Both the position numbers and the translations under genes were made by a program. From Candidatus Pacearchaeota archaeon (GTDB lineage: Archaea; Nanobdellota; Nanobdellia; Pacearchaeales; GW2011-AR1), in NCBI GenBank assembly GCA_049511795.1, contig JBEKXS010000001.1:129497-193496 (forward strand): 64,000 nucleotides of DNA, given 5' to 3'. Of this stretch, positions 47,393 through 57,038 are shown piece by piece (position 1 is the stretch's first letter; each line of letters starts with the position of its first letter). The notes below the pieces were generated by a model. The model did not search any database, was not told the DNA's origin, and saw only the letters and a list, made by a program, of their open reading frames with translations.

Positions 47393-47656
47393 ATGAAATC
47401 CTTGAAGCCAAGCATGCGCGAGAAAAAAAGATATCTTCTTCTGAAAGGCAGCAATCTTAAGGCAAATGTGAAAAGGGCAATTCTTGAAGGAATAGGTGCA
47501 ATCGGCATGTCAAAAACAGGTTTTTCTTGGATTAAAGACGATGTTATTGCGATAAACAGGGGAAGCTTAAATGAAGTAAGGGCTTGCTTTGCCATTTTTC
47601 CAGAGAAAATAGATGTTCTTCTTGTTTCTGGTAGCCTAAAGAAGCTTAGGAAATAA
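47393..47656 (+). CDS. RNase P protein subunit Pop5-like (short)
   Basis: MKSLKPSMREKKRYLLLK...AILEGIGAIGMSKTG resembles the archaeal Pop5 N-terminus (LPP.LR.KKRYI). Its position just upstream of psmA matches the archaeal superoperon. Confidence 0.5.
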   Translation: MKSLKPSMREKKRYLLLKGSNLKANVKRAILEGIGAIGMSKTGFSWIKDDVIAINRGSLNEVRACFAIFPEKIDVLLVSGSLKKLRK

Positions 47657-47762
47657 AATAGAAAACTGCACCAAAAACCTTTTAAATATCAGGTTTTTTT
47701 ATCTCTTGGTCGAGAAGATAAAAAGGAAGTTAAATTATTATACGCTTCTCTAAAATTAGAAA

Positions 47763-48488
47763 ATGGATATGCCAATAGACATGCAGCATCAGGCAATGGG
47801 TTATGACCGTACTGCCACTATGTTTTCACCTGAGGGAACTATACTTCAGGTTGAATATGCGCAGAAAACGGTAAGACTAGGCAGCGCAAGCATAGGGATG
47901 ATTTGCTCTGATGGAGTATTTATTGTTGCTGACAAAAGAGTAAAGGACAAACTTATTATCCAAAAATCAGCAAACAAAATCTTTGAAATTGATTCTCACC
48001 TTTTTGTAAGCGCTGCAGGAATTGTTTCAGATGCGCGTGTTTTGATTGAAAAAGCACAGCTAGTTGCGCAGCAGCACAGAATTACCTATGATTCACCAAT
48101 AGAGCCTGAATTAGTAGTAAAAGAAATGTCAAACATGAAACAGCAGTTCACCCAATATGGGGGTGCAAGACCTTTCGGTGTTTCGCTCATGGTGGCTGGA
48201 CTTAGAGGAAAGAGGCCGGAATTGTACACAAGCGACGTGACTGGAAATTATTTCTCATATCATGCAAATGCCATAGGTGAAAACGACGAGAAAATAAAAG
48301 AAAAATTAAGGGAAATATACAAGCCTGAATTGACAGTAAAGAAAGGAGTCAAGCTGGCTCTTGATATTTTCAAAGAGGTTCAGGGAAAAAGTTTTGACCT
48401 CGAAAGATTCGAGATGGTTTACATCTTGAATGCCGAAGGACAGCTCCAAAAGGTGAATGAAGAACAGTTGAAGGAGTTTATCAAGTAA
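47763..48488 (+). CDS. psmA: proteasome alpha subunit
   Basis: GYDRTATMFSPEGTILQVEYA alpha-subunit N-terminal helix signature. The start may instead be the Met at 47781. Confidence 0.85.
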   Translation: MDMPIDMQHQAMGYDRTATMFSPEGTILQVEYAQKTVRLGSASIGMICSDGVFIVADKRVKDKLIIQKSANKIFEIDSHLFVSAAGIVSDARVLIEKAQLVAQQHRITYDSPIEPELVVKEMSNMKQQFTQYGGARPFGVSLMVAGLRGKRPELYTSDVTGNYFSYHANAIGENDEKIKEKLREIYKPELTVKKGVKLALDIFKEVQGKSFDLERFEMVYILNAEGQLQKVNEEQLKEFIK

Positions 48489-48491
48489 GCA

Positions 48492-49172
48492 ATGACACAG
48501 ACAATAGCAAGAATAAAACAGGCAGGAAAGAATTTCGAGATTATTGTTGATTTGGACAACGCGCTTAAGTTCAAAAAAGGACTTTCCAATTCAGTAAATT
48601 TCCTAGATGTTGACGACGCTGTTTTCACTGATTCAAAAAAGGGCTTGAAGGCTTCTGAAAAAGACCTTACATCTGCTTTCGGGACAGTAGATATCAATAC
48701 AGTTGCTGCAAAAATAGTCAAGAGTGGTGAAATTCTTTTAACACAGGAACATAGAGATGATGAAAGGGATAGAAGAATTAAGCAGGTTATTGATTTCATA
48801 AGAGTTAATGCAATAGACCCTAAGACAGGAAATCCATACACTCCTGAAAGAATAAAAACAGCGCTTGATGAGGCTCATGTAAACATAAAAAACATACCTG
48901 TTGAACAGCAGACAAAAGAAATTGTTGAAAAATTAAGCGTAGTTCTTCCATTGAAATTCTCAACAAAGAAAATAAAAATTACTGTGCCAGCAATACACAC
49001 TGGAAAAGCTTACGGAATTCTCAGCCAATACAAGGAAAGCGAGAACTGGCTTGGAAACGGCGACCTTGAAATCATTGTAAACATTCCCTCTGGATTTTTG
49101 ATGGAATTTTATGACAAATTAAATTCAATAACGCACGGAAGCGCGCTGACAGAAGAGGTAAATGAGAAGTAA
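48492..49172 (+). CDS. SBDS/Sdo1-family ribosome maturation protein
   Basis: N-terminal FYSH-like region (IARIKQAGKNFEIIVD). Its position between psmA and rrp4 matches the archaeal superoperon. Confidence 0.7.
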   Translation: MTQTIARIKQAGKNFEIIVDLDNALKFKKGLSNSVNFLDVDDAVFTDSKKGLKASEKDLTSAFGTVDINTVAAKIVKSGEILLTQEHRDDERDRRIKQVIDFIRVNAIDPKTGNPYTPERIKTALDEAHVNIKNIPVEQQTKEIVEKLSVVLPLKFSTKKIKITVPAIHTGKAYGILSQYKESENWLGNGDLEIIVNIPSGFLMEFYDKLNSITHGSALTEEVNEK

Positions 49173-49371
49173 AATGAGATTTAAACCAGAAGTTTTAAAA
49201 GAGTGGGCAAATATGAGTTTAAGTGCGATAGCCGGTTCTAATGAACAGGCATTTACTGATTATACAAAAGTAAAAAAATTATCAAAATATATGTTAAGAC
49301 ATCAAGAAGATTCAAAGAAAGACAGCGAATTGACATTAATAGTAACTAAATTAGGACTATTAACAAGATAA
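49162..49371 (+). CDS. possible small protein (69 aa) between SBDS and rrp4
   Basis: Fills a 200-nt gap in an otherwise compact operon. No motif. Confidence 0.25.
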   Translation: MRSKMRFKPEVLKEWANMSLSAIAGSNEQAFTDYTKVKKLSKYMLRHQEDSKKDSELTLIVTKLGLLTR

Positions 49372-49372
49372 A

Positions 49373-50074
49373 ATGGAAAGAAAAGTCGTAATACCCGGAG
49401 AAGTCATCATTTCAGGAGAAGAATATCTTCCTGGAGAAGGGGTTGAAAAAAAAGGAAATGACATTGTAGCTATAAAATACGGACTTGCAGAAGAAGCTGC
49501 AAGGCTTGTAAAAGTAATTGCACTTTCAGGAGTTTACCAGCCAAGAAGGGGCAATGTTGTCATAGGAAAAGTTGAAAACGTGACATTCAATGGCTGGATG
49601 GTTGACATTGACTGCCCAATAGGTGCATTTCTTCCTGTTTCAGAAACTCCAAGATATGTAAGCAAAGACAGGATGACAGAAGTTCTTGACATAAATGATA
49701 TGTTTGTATCTAAAATTATGGGAGTAAATGGCAGAGGAATTGATTTGACAATCAACATGCGTGGTCTTGGAAAGATTGACGAAGGAATAATTGTAAAAAT
49801 AAATTCAAACAAGGTTCCTCGTGTTATCGGAAAAGAAGGAAGCATGATAAATTTAATCAAAAAAGAAACAGGATGCAATGTAACTGTCGGACAAAACGGA
49901 TTAATCTGGATAAAGGGAGACAAAATCGAGGACGAACTTCATGTAAGAGATGCAATAACATTCATAACAGAAAAATCATTCACTCATGGATTGACAGAAG
50001 AAGTTGAGAAATGGTTTGAGAAAAACAAGAAAGGAGAAAAGAAAAAAGTGGAAAAAGAAGGAGACGAAGAATAA
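49373..50074 (+). CDS. rrp4: exosome RNA-binding subunit Rrp4 (S1 + KH)
   Basis: S1-like region followed by the KH motif VIGKEGSMINLIKKETGCNVTVGQNGLIWI. No C-terminal zinc ribbon, so not Csl4. Confidence 0.8.
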   Translation: MERKVVIPGEVIISGEEYLPGEGVEKKGNDIVAIKYGLAEEAARLVKVIALSGVYQPRRGNVVIGKVENVTFNGWMVDIDCPIGAFLPVSETPRYVSKDRMTEVLDINDMFVSKIMGVNGRGIDLTINMRGLGKIDEGIIVKINSNKVPRVIGKEGSMINLIKKETGCNVTVGQNGLIWIKGDKIEDELHVRDAITFITEKSFTHGLTEEVEKWFEKNKKGEKKKVEKEGDEE

Positions 50075-50075
50075 A

Positions 50076-50780
50076 ATGACAACAAAAGCATTCAAAAGAC
50101 CTGACGGAAGAGAACTTGACGAAACAAGAAAAATGACTGCAAAAGTCGGAGTTGTTCCAAATGCAGATGGAAGCGCGATGTTTTCATTCGGAGACACAAT
50201 TGCGATTGCAGCTGTTTACGGTCCAAGAAAAATGCATCCTCAGCATTCACAAGACCCTGAAAAGGGAACATTGAGATGCAATTACAACATGTTCAGCTTT
50301 TCTGTTGCAGAAAGGGCAAGGCCTGGACCAAATAGAAGAAGCATGGAAATCAGCAAAGTTACTGAATGGGCGCTCGAACCTATTGTGATGATTGACCAAT
50401 ATCAAAACATGGTAATTGATGTTCACATAAGCATTCTACAGGCAAATGCATCAACAAGATGCGCTGGAATAAATGCAGCTGCTCTTGCTTTGGCTCATGC
50501 AGGAATACCAATGAAAGGCTTGGTTTCTAGTGTTTCAATCGGAAAACTTGACAAGACTCTTGTTGTTGACTTGATAAAAGATGAAGAAGACTGGGAAGAA
50601 GGAGAAGGCGCAACAGACATCCCAATAACATTAACTAGCGATGGAAAAATAACGCACATGCAGCTTGATGGAAAGATAACAGGAAAAGAATTGAAGGAAG
50701 CGCTACAGCTTGCAAAGAAGGCAAACAAGGAAGTTTATGAAGTTCAGAAAAAAGCATTGAAGGAGAGCATAAAATTTTAA
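50076..50780 (+). CDS. rrp41: exosome catalytic subunit Rrp41 (RNase PH domain)
   Basis: RPDGRELDETR N-terminus and RNase PH fold motifs. Start set to the ATG at 50076 (MTTKAF) rather than the upstream overlapping frame. Confidence 0.85.
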   Translation: MTTKAFKRPDGRELDETRKMTAKVGVVPNADGSAMFSFGDTIAIAAVYGPRKMHPQHSQDPEKGTLRCNYNMFSFSVAERARPGPNRRSMEISKVTEWALEPIVMIDQYQNMVIDVHISILQANASTRCAGINAAALALAHAGIPMKGLVSSVSIGKLDKTLVVDLIKDEEDWEEGEGATDIPITLTSDGKITHMQLDGKITGKELKEALQLAKKANKEVYEVQKKALKESIKF

Positions 50781-50793
50781 ATTAAAATAAAAA

Positions 50794-51594
50794 ATGGAAA
50801 CATCAAAAATAACAGGCGATAGAATAAGAAAATATTTGGGCGAAGGAAAAAGATTTGATTCAAGAAAGCCAGACGAATTCAGAGAGATTTCAATAGAAAC
50901 AGGAGTTTCAAAAAAAGCAGAAGGTTCTGCTAAAGTGAAAATAGGAAAAACAGAAGTCATTGTCGGAGTAAAACTTGATGTTATGGAACCTTATACTGAC
51001 TCACCTGACAAGGGAAATTTGACTGTAAGCGCTGAATTAACACCAATGAGTTCTGAAAGATTTGAAAGCGGACCTCCAAAATTCCCTGCTGTTGAACTTG
51101 GAAGATTGACAGACAGGACAATAAGAGAAAGCAAATTCATTGAAATGGAAAAATTGTGCATAAAAGAAGGGGAAAAAGTCTGGGGAATTTATGTTGACAT
51201 ATACACACTAAATGACGACGGAAACCTTATTGATGCTGCAGAAATAGCAGCTGTTGCTGCGCTAAAAACAGCAAAAATGCCAAAATATGACAAAGAAACA
51301 GGAAAAGTTCTTTTCGGCGAATGGACAGATGAAAAAGTTCCTGTTAAGAAAGAGCCACCAATAACAATAACAGCACATAAAATAGGAAACTCATGGCTTG
51401 TTGATCCAACACAGGAAGAGGAAGATGTATCTGAAGCAAGAGTAACAATTGGAGCAACAGCTGAAGGAGTTATTTCATCTCTTCAGAAGGGAGAATCAAA
51501 GGAAATCAGTATTGAAGAATTCGGGGAAGTTATAGACATGACTGAAAAAGTCAGAAAGAAAGTTTTTTCAACAGTGGAGAAGTTGTTAAAGTAA
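50794..51594 (+). CDS. rrp42: exosome subunit Rrp42 (RNase PH-like, non-catalytic)
   Basis: RNase PH-like architecture immediately after rrp41. Confidence 0.8.
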   Translation: METSKITGDRIRKYLGEGKRFDSRKPDEFREISIETGVSKKAEGSAKVKIGKTEVIVGVKLDVMEPYTDSPDKGNLTVSAELTPMSSERFESGPPKFPAVELGRLTDRTIRESKFIEMEKLCIKEGEKVWGIYVDIYTLNDDGNLIDAAEIAAVAALKTAKMPKYDKETGKVLFGEWTDEKVPVKKEPPITITAHKIGNSWLVDPTQEEEDVSEARVTIGATAEGVISSLQKGESKEISIEEFGEVIDMTEKVRKKVFSTVEKLLK

Positions 51595-51595
51595 G

Positions 51596-51826
51596 ATGAC
51601 ATCGCTAGAAATATCTTTGGTTGAGCCGGGATTATTTGGTAGAGAAGATTTAGTTGAAAAAAGATATGTAGAAATAAAGTTAAATGAAGCAGAAACACCA
51701 AAAGGGTGGAGAAGCTGGGCAAGAAAATTATATGACAGCAAGTATAGTAAAGCAATACTGGAATATTTTAAGGGAATAAAACAAAAAACAGGTTTTAAAA
51801 GAATAGTTCAGACGTTTTACGATTAA
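51596..51826 (+). CDS. hypothetical protein (76 aa) in the superoperon
   Basis: ORF tightly linked to both neighbours. No Cys, so it is not L37ae or RpoP. Confidence 0.35.
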   Translation: MTSLEISLVEPGLFGREDLVEKRYVEIKLNEAETPKGWRSWARKLYDSKYSKAILEYFKGIKQKTGFKRIVQTFYD

Positions 51827-51827
51827 A

Positions 51828-52220
51828 ATGCAAGAAGAAAAAACACCGGAGAAATTCACAAAATATGAAATTGCAAGAATTTTGGGAGCAAGAGCCCTGC
51901 AGATTGCAATGAATGCACCTTTGCTGATAAAGCTTAGCAAGGAAGACCTTGAAAAAATAAAATATGATCCTATAAAAATTGCAGAGATAGAATTGGAATC
52001 AAATGTTCTGCCTATTTCTGTAAAGAAGCCTTTCCCAGGGAAGAAAGAAGATGTTTTGAGAAGACCAAAAGAACAGAAAGTTACTGACGAAAAAGTCGAG
52101 GAAAAAGAGGCTGCAGAAGAGGGAGAAATCGCAAACGAAGGAGAAATAATGACTCTTGTAAACCCAGAAGAAGAAGCAGAAGAGGAAGCTCCTGAGGAAG
52201 AAGGAGGAGCAGAAGAGTAA
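51828..52220 (+). CDS. rpoK: DNA-directed RNA polymerase subunit K (Rpb6 homologue) with an acidic C-terminal extension
   Basis: TKYEIARILGARALQIAMNAPLLI matches the RpoK/Rpb6 core. Glu-rich tail. Confidence 0.7.
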   Translation: MQEEKTPEKFTKYEIARILGARALQIAMNAPLLIKLSKEDLEKIKYDPIKIAEIELESNVLPISVKKPFPGKKEDVLRRPKEQKVTDEKVEEKEAAEEGEIANEGEIMTLVNPEEEAEEEAPEEEGGAEE

Positions 52221-52221
52221 A

Positions 52222-52422
52222 ATGGCAAAGAAAAAATTAAAGTTTTTTATGCTTACATATGATTTTGTTACCATACTTGAGGTAATTGGAGCGCTTTACA
52301 TATTTTTTTATCTTGCGCAAATAATTAGGGGTTCTCCTCTAGTAATTGGGTTAATTTTTATACTCATAGCTTTTGTTATAAGATTTTTTGATTATAATCT
52401 TAGAAATTATAAATTCTCTTAA
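52222..52422 (+). CDS. hypothetical small membrane protein (66 aa)
   Basis: Two hydrophobic helices. Tightly linked to rpoK. Confidence 0.3.
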   Translation: MAKKKLKFFMLTYDFVTILEVIGALYIFFYLAQIIRGSPLVIGLIFILIAFVIRFFDYNLRNYKFS

Positions 52423-52458
52423 AGAAAATATTATAAAGCAAAAACTCTATTTTCTTTT

Positions 52459-53622
52459 ATGGTCGTGATAAAAAAAGTTTCTGCAAAAGCAATTTTTGAT
52501 TCTAGGAGAGAGAAAACAATTTTTGTTACAATTGAGACAAGCGCTGGCATTTTTTCTGCAAGTGCACCTAATGGGAAATCAACAGGAAAGTATGAAAAAA
52601 AGCCCTACAAGAAAGATATTCAGGGGGACATAAAAACTCTGAAACAATTCAGCAGCTATTTTTCAGATGAGCAGATAGAAAAATTCGATGATTTAAGAAG
52701 AGTTGAGGATACTATTGAAAGGCATGTAGGGGCAAACACTTCTTTTGCTTTGGAATCAGCTGTTTTGAAAGCATTAGCGAGCGAAAAAAAGAAACAAGTA
52801 TGGCAGTTGATAAATCCCAATGCAAAAAAATTACCAAGGCTTGTTGGAAATTGCATTGGTGGAGGATTGCATTCAAAAACACCTCAAGATGCAAAAAAGC
52901 CTGATTTCCAGGAATTTCTACTTATTCCAAAGACAAAAACAGTTGAAGAAGCATGGGAAACAAACAAAAAAATAAAAAAATCACTGCAAAATGAATTAAA
53001 AAAAGAAGATGAAAATTTTAAGGGAAAAAAGAATGATGAAGATGCTTGGCAAACAAGTTTAAATGAAAAAGAAGTGCTTGAAATTCTTAAAAATTCTAGA
53101 GTAGATGCAGGAATAGATGTCGCTGCATCGACTTTCTACAAAATAAAGAAATATCTTTACAAGAATCCTATGTTAAGCAGAGATAAGGAAGAGCAATTTT
53201 CTTACATTTCAAATCTTATTAAGAATTTCTCATTACTATATGTGGAAGACCCATTTAATGAAGAGGATTTTGATTCCTTCGCTTTATTATTAAAAAAACA
53301 TCCAGAAACTCTGATTGTTGGAGATGATTTAACAGTTACAGATGAAAAAAGATTTGGAAAAGCAATTGAAAATAAAAGCATAAATGCAATAATTGTGAAA
53401 CCAAACCAGTGCGGCTCATTAATTGAAGTGAAAAACATATGCGAGATGGCAAAAAAACAAGGAATAAAGACTGTTTTCTCACACAGAAGCGGGGAAACAA
53501 CAGAAAGCATTCTTGCCGACCTTGCTTTCGGCTTCCAAGCAGACTTCTTCAAGTGCGGAATAACTGGAAAAGAAAGAGAAGCAAAGATAAAGCGTCTTAT
53601 AGAAATTGAGAAAAAATTATGA
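52459..53622 (+). CDS. eno: enolase (short form, 387 aa)
   Basis: N-terminal IKKVSAKAIFDSRREKTIFVTIETSAGIFSASAPNGKSTGKYE matches the enolase N-domain. A C-terminal TIM-barrel is present. The rpoK-eno-rps2 linkage is typical in archaea. Confidence 0.7.
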   Translation: MVVIKKVSAKAIFDSRREKTIFVTIETSAGIFSASAPNGKSTGKYEKKPYKKDIQGDIKTLKQFSSYFSDEQIEKFDDLRRVEDTIERHVGANTSFALESAVLKALASEKKKQVWQLINPNAKKLPRLVGNCIGGGLHSKTPQDAKKPDFQEFLLIPKTKTVEEAWETNKKIKKSLQNELKKEDENFKGKKNDEDAWQTSLNEKEVLEILKNSRVDAGIDVAASTFYKIKKYLYKNPMLSRDKEEQFSYISNLIKNFSLLYVEDPFNEEDFDSFALLLKKHPETLIVGDDLTVTDEKRFGKAIENKSINAIIVKPNQCGSLIEVKNICEMAKKQGIKTVFSHRSGETTESILADLAFGFQADFFKCGITGKEREAKIKRLIEIEKKL

Positions 53623-53669
53623 CGTGAGTAGCATAACTTTTTTAAAACCCCAAAAACTAACTAACACCT

Positions 53670-54197
53670 ATGAAAATACTTATAATCGGTGCAAGCCCTA
53701 GAAAAAATTCATACACAAATATACTTGCAGATTTTACCTACAAATATGCAAAAGAAAAAAATCTAGATGTTGATTTGCTTAATCTATCAGAGACTCCATT
53801 GGATTATTTCAGAGGTTATGGGGAGACGTACAGTAAATTTACAGCAGACACAATAAGCGCGATAAAAGATAATTACCAGCTTTTGATTTTGGCTACTCCT
53901 GTTTACGATTCTGCGTACAGCGCTGCATTGAAAAACATTTTTGAGCATTCAAACTACAAGGAGCTCAAGGGAAAAACAGCAGGATTCATAATAATGGCAA
54001 GCGGAAAGATAAGTTCGCTTTTAGTTCAGGGTCAGCTTGTTTCTCTTATGAATTATTTTGGAATTTACTCAAATCCAAAAGCTGTTCATGCAACAATGGA
54101 AGATTTTGAAGGAATGGAATTAAAAAGTGAAGTCATACAGGAAAGAATAAAAGAACTTATTGATTCCACTGCTGAAATGGCTGAAAAATTGTCTTAA
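53670..54197 (+). CDS. NADPH-dependent FMN reductase / flavodoxin-like protein
   Basis: MKILIIGASPRKNSYT and LATPVYDSAYSAALKN motifs of the FMN_red family. Confidence 0.6.
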   Translation: MKILIIGASPRKNSYTNILADFTYKYAKEKNLDVDLLNLSETPLDYFRGYGETYSKFTADTISAIKDNYQLLILATPVYDSAYSAALKNIFEHSNYKELKGKTAGFIIMASGKISSLLVQGQLVSLMNYFGIYSNPKAVHATMEDFEGMELKSEVIQERIKELIDSTAEMAEKLS

Positions 54198-54421
54198 GTA
54201 CATCTCTTAGGTTTTCTCTTAACAATTATTTCAACTTTTCCTTTGTATTCTTTTGTCAATCCCGGCAGTAGATGAGATAAAAATTGCTCAGAAGTCATTC
54301 TCCTTACAATACCTCTAGTGCTTTTCTGTGTCCAACCGAATTTATCTTTTTTATAGACCTGTTTTTTACCGCTTTTCATTACAAAATAAATAACACATTC
54401 ATCATTTTTCATGATTAACAT
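54194..54421 (-). CDS. hypothetical small basic protein (75 aa)
   Basis: ORF convergent with the flanking genes. No motif. Confidence 0.3.
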   Translation of the reverse strand: MLIMKNDECVIYFVMKSGKKQVYKKDKFGWTQKSTRGIVRRMTSEQFLSHLLPGLTKEYKGKVEIIVKRKPKRCT

Positions 54422-54488
54422 AAAAGCTGGATGATTTTATATTTTTCCTATTGAAAACCTTTAAAAACTAAATTCTCTGTGAATTTCT

Positions 54489-55358
54489 ATGCCAAAGAAA
54501 AAAAAGGAAACTAAGGAAGAAAATAAAGAAGTTTCTGAAGAAATGAAAAAAAAAGCTGAGGCAGAATCAACTACAGAAGAGAAAAGCCTTGAGGAAAAGA
54601 AGAAAGAGCTTTTGGCAAAGGCAAAAAAACTCAAGGAAAAGCTTGTCGGAGAAGAAATAAGCAGTGAAGAGCTCAAGGAAAAAGTCAAACTCAAGAAAAG
54701 AGAAGAAATGCTTGTTCCTCTTGAAGAATATGTAAAATCAGGAATTTATCTTGGAACAAGAGTTGTTACACCAAACATGAGACCTTTTGTTTACAGGAGA
54801 AGGGCAGATGGATTGGCAATATTCAACACAGACACAATTGATGAAAAATTAAAGGAGGGAATTGAATACCTTGGAAAATTTGCTCCGGAAGATGTCATTG
54901 TCATATGCAAAAGGCAGGCTGGATGGAAAGCTGTTGAAATGTTTTCTGAAGTAACAGGAATAAGAGTTTTCACAAAAAAATATCCTGCAGGAATTTTGAC
55001 AAACAACCGTCTTCCTAACTTTTTCGAAAATGAGCTTACAGTAATAACAGACCAATGGGTTGACAAGAACGCGCTTAATGATACATTGATAGTTCACAAG
55101 AAAGTCCTGATGATTTGCGACACAAACAATTTTTCCCATGGATCTGATAAAATAATAATCGGGAACAACAAAAGTCCAAAAAGCATTGGATTGATATTCT
55201 ATCTTTTAGCAAGAGGATACTGCAAGGCAAGAGGAATTGAAAAAAACATTCCTGACTTGGAATTTTGGGAAGGCGAAGAAGAAAAGAAAGAAAGCAGCTT
55301 TGACAAAAGAAGGGAAAAGCCGATTCTTGCAGATGCTGGCGCGCAGTTTGGTGTTTAA
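54489..55358 (+). CDS. rps2: 30S ribosomal protein S2 with a Lys/Glu-rich N-terminal extension
   Basis: The conserved S2 core (YLGTRVVTPNMRPFVYRRRADGLAIFNTDTI...ICDTNN) after an ~80-aa K/E-rich leader. Confidence 0.8.
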   Translation: MPKKKKETKEENKEVSEEMKKKAEAESTTEEKSLEEKKKELLAKAKKLKEKLVGEEISSEELKEKVKLKKREEMLVPLEEYVKSGIYLGTRVVTPNMRPFVYRRRADGLAIFNTDTIDEKLKEGIEYLGKFAPEDVIVICKRQAGWKAVEMFSEVTGIRVFTKKYPAGILTNNRLPNFFENELTVITDQWVDKNALNDTLIVHKKVLMICDTNNFSHGSDKIIIGNNKSPKSIGLIFYLLARGYCKARGIEKNIPDLEFWEGEEEKKESSFDKRREKPILADAGAQFGV

Positions 55359-55405
55359 AATATCTTAGTTCTAGAGTTCATAAGGTTTAAATAAGTCTAT
55401 TTTAT

Positions 55406-55657
55406 TTGAAAATTATGGAAAGAAAATATAGTAAAAGTAGAGTAGCAAAAAAAGTGGGTGACTTAGTTGATAACCTCATACATGACCGAAAAGCAGTATT
55501 AGTTGAAGCGCATGGGTATATGGAAGTTTACTCAATTAAATCTCCAGAAATTGCGGTTGTTGCAAGAACAGGTACTGATGGGACTGAAGTTGCAACATCT
55601 TATACTGCAATAGGCAGAAAAGAAGACATTGGAGAATTTGAAAAATTGTTAGCTTAA
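55406..55657 (+). CDS. hypothetical protein (83 aa)
   Basis: ORF, no motif. Confidence 0.3.
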   Translation: MKIMERKYSKSRVAKKVGDLVDNLIHDRKAVLVEAHGYMEVYSIKSPEIAVVARTGTDGTEVATSYTAIGRKEDIGEFEKLLA

Positions 55658-56220
55658 CTTTTTCTCTTCTTTACAAAATATCTTATCAAATAGATTACAA
55701 CAGCAAGCAAAGCCAATAAAAGAGTTAAGTTTGTTACAGTGCTTATCAAATTATTTATGACTTCACCTAAGAAGTATCCTATTACTGAATGAACGACTGC
55801 GTACAAAAATTCTCCTACAAGGACAGCTGTGATGAATTTTTTCCTGTCAATTTCCTCAAAGCCGGCAACATAGCTTACAACAGCGCAAAGTGCAAAGAAA
55901 AGCCATCTTGTCCAGAATACTATTGAGAATTCGTGCTTTTTCAATAATTTTCTTGCCTTTTTCTCATTATCCCTGAAGAAGCTGAAACGCCTTAATTTTG
56001 ACCTGAATCTTTCTGAGAAAAACTTTGCTAGTTCATAAGCAGCAATGTCTCCAACGCTGGCTGCAACAAAAACCACAATTGTAAAAATAAGAAGAGAAGA
56101 AAAATTAGTTATTGAAGAAGCAAAGGCAATTAGCGTGAGGCTTCCTCCTGGAAAACCAAAAGAGCCTGCAACCTGCAATAAAAAAATGGTTATTAATCCA
56201 AGAACAGATATTCCGGTCAT
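55654..56220 (-). CDS. DedA/TVP38-family membrane protein
   Basis: GSFGFPGGSLTLIAFA and FWTRWLFFALCAVVSYVAG resemble DedA motifs. 4-5 TM helices. Confidence 0.5.
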   Translation of the reverse strand: MTGISVLGLITIFLLQVAGSFGFPGGSLTLIAFASSITNFSSLLIFTIVVFVAASVGDIAAYELAKFFSERFRSKLRRFSFFRDNEKKARKLLKKHEFSIVFWTRWLFFALCAVVSYVAGFEEIDRKKFITAVLVGEFLYAVVHSVIGYFLGEVINNLISTVTNLTLLLALLAVVIYLIRYFVKKRKS

Positions 56221-56555
56221 TTGATAAGATTGTTCAACTCCATTAAGATTTGATTACAATTTTTGTTGTAAACAATGCAGTATCTGTTGAGCGAAATATG
56301 GTTGTTTATTGAGCTTGTGTTTCCTATTGCTGAATAAATTTGGTTGTATGTCAAATTGAAATTATGATTTATTTCCTTAAGAGTCATCCATGACTGGATT
56401 GTTATGTTCTGCTGGCTGAAATAATTGTGCCTTTGCTGCCATGCTGAATAACTTCTGTATGTACTTGCAGCTAAAAGTAAAATTGAAATAATCAATGCTA
56501 TTATCAAAATTATGTAAATTAAAATATGTTTTTTCTTTTTGTTTTTTCTTGGCAT
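56217..56555 (-). CDS. hypothetical N-terminally anchored membrane protein (112 aa)
   Basis: Single N-terminal TM helix (ILIYIILIIALIISILLLAA), Asn-rich remainder. Confidence 0.35.
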   Translation of the reverse strand: MPRKNKKKKHILIYIILIIALIISILLLAASTYRSYSAWQQRHNYFSQQNITIQSWMTLKEINHNFNLTYNQIYSAIGNTSSINNHISLNRYCIVYNKNCNQILMELNNLIK

Positions 56556-56561
56556 TTTATT

Positions 56562-57008
56562 TTAAAGCTTAAACCAAAGCCACCCATTTTTTACATAGCC
56601 TGTTTTTATCAAAACATACCAGCCTTTTAGTTTTTTTCCGTGAAGGTTGAATTCTATTTTTTTCTCATCCTGAAATTTTATTTCATAAGTTCCTTTGTCC
56701 CAGATTTCAACTTTTCCTGCACCGTAATTTCCCTCTGGGATTGTTCCGTGAAATTTTGCATATTCAATAGGGTGGTCTTCAACGTGAATAGAAAGTCTTT
56801 TTACCCCTTTTTCAATTGGAGGTTCTTTTGGAACAGCCCATGAAGCAAGAACACCGTTCATTTCAAGCCTCAAATCATAGTGATGATTTCTTGTATAATG
56901 GCTATGAACAACGAATATCAGCTTTTTGCCTTTTGTTTTTTTTACTTTTCCTTCTGGCTCAGGCGTTTCAGAGAATTTTCTTTTTTGTTTGTATTTCGTT
57001 AGGGGCAT
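56562..57008 (-). CDS. standalone DNA ligase D 3'-phosphoesterase (PE) domain protein
   Basis: LIFVVHSHYTRNHHYDLRLEMNGVLASWAVPKEPP matches the LigD-PE core (FV.Q.H.A...HYD.RLE..GVL.SWAVPKGP). Confidence 0.8.
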   Translation of the reverse strand: MPLTKYKQKRKFSETPEPEGKVKKTKGKKLIFVVHSHYTRNHHYDLRLEMNGVLASWAVPKEPPIEKGVKRLSIHVEDHPIEYAKFHGTIPEGNYGAGKVEIWDKGTYEIKFQDEKKIEFNLHGKKLKGWYVLIKTGYVKNGWLWFKL

Positions 57009-57038
57009 AATTCGACTAAGAAATCAGGATATAAATAA

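Noticed and set aside
49534-50197. Minus-strand ORFs (129 aa and 73 aa) and others antisense to rrp4, rrp41, enolase, rps2, ileS and argS
   Set aside because: They are antisense to strongly supported conserved genes and have low-complexity translations.
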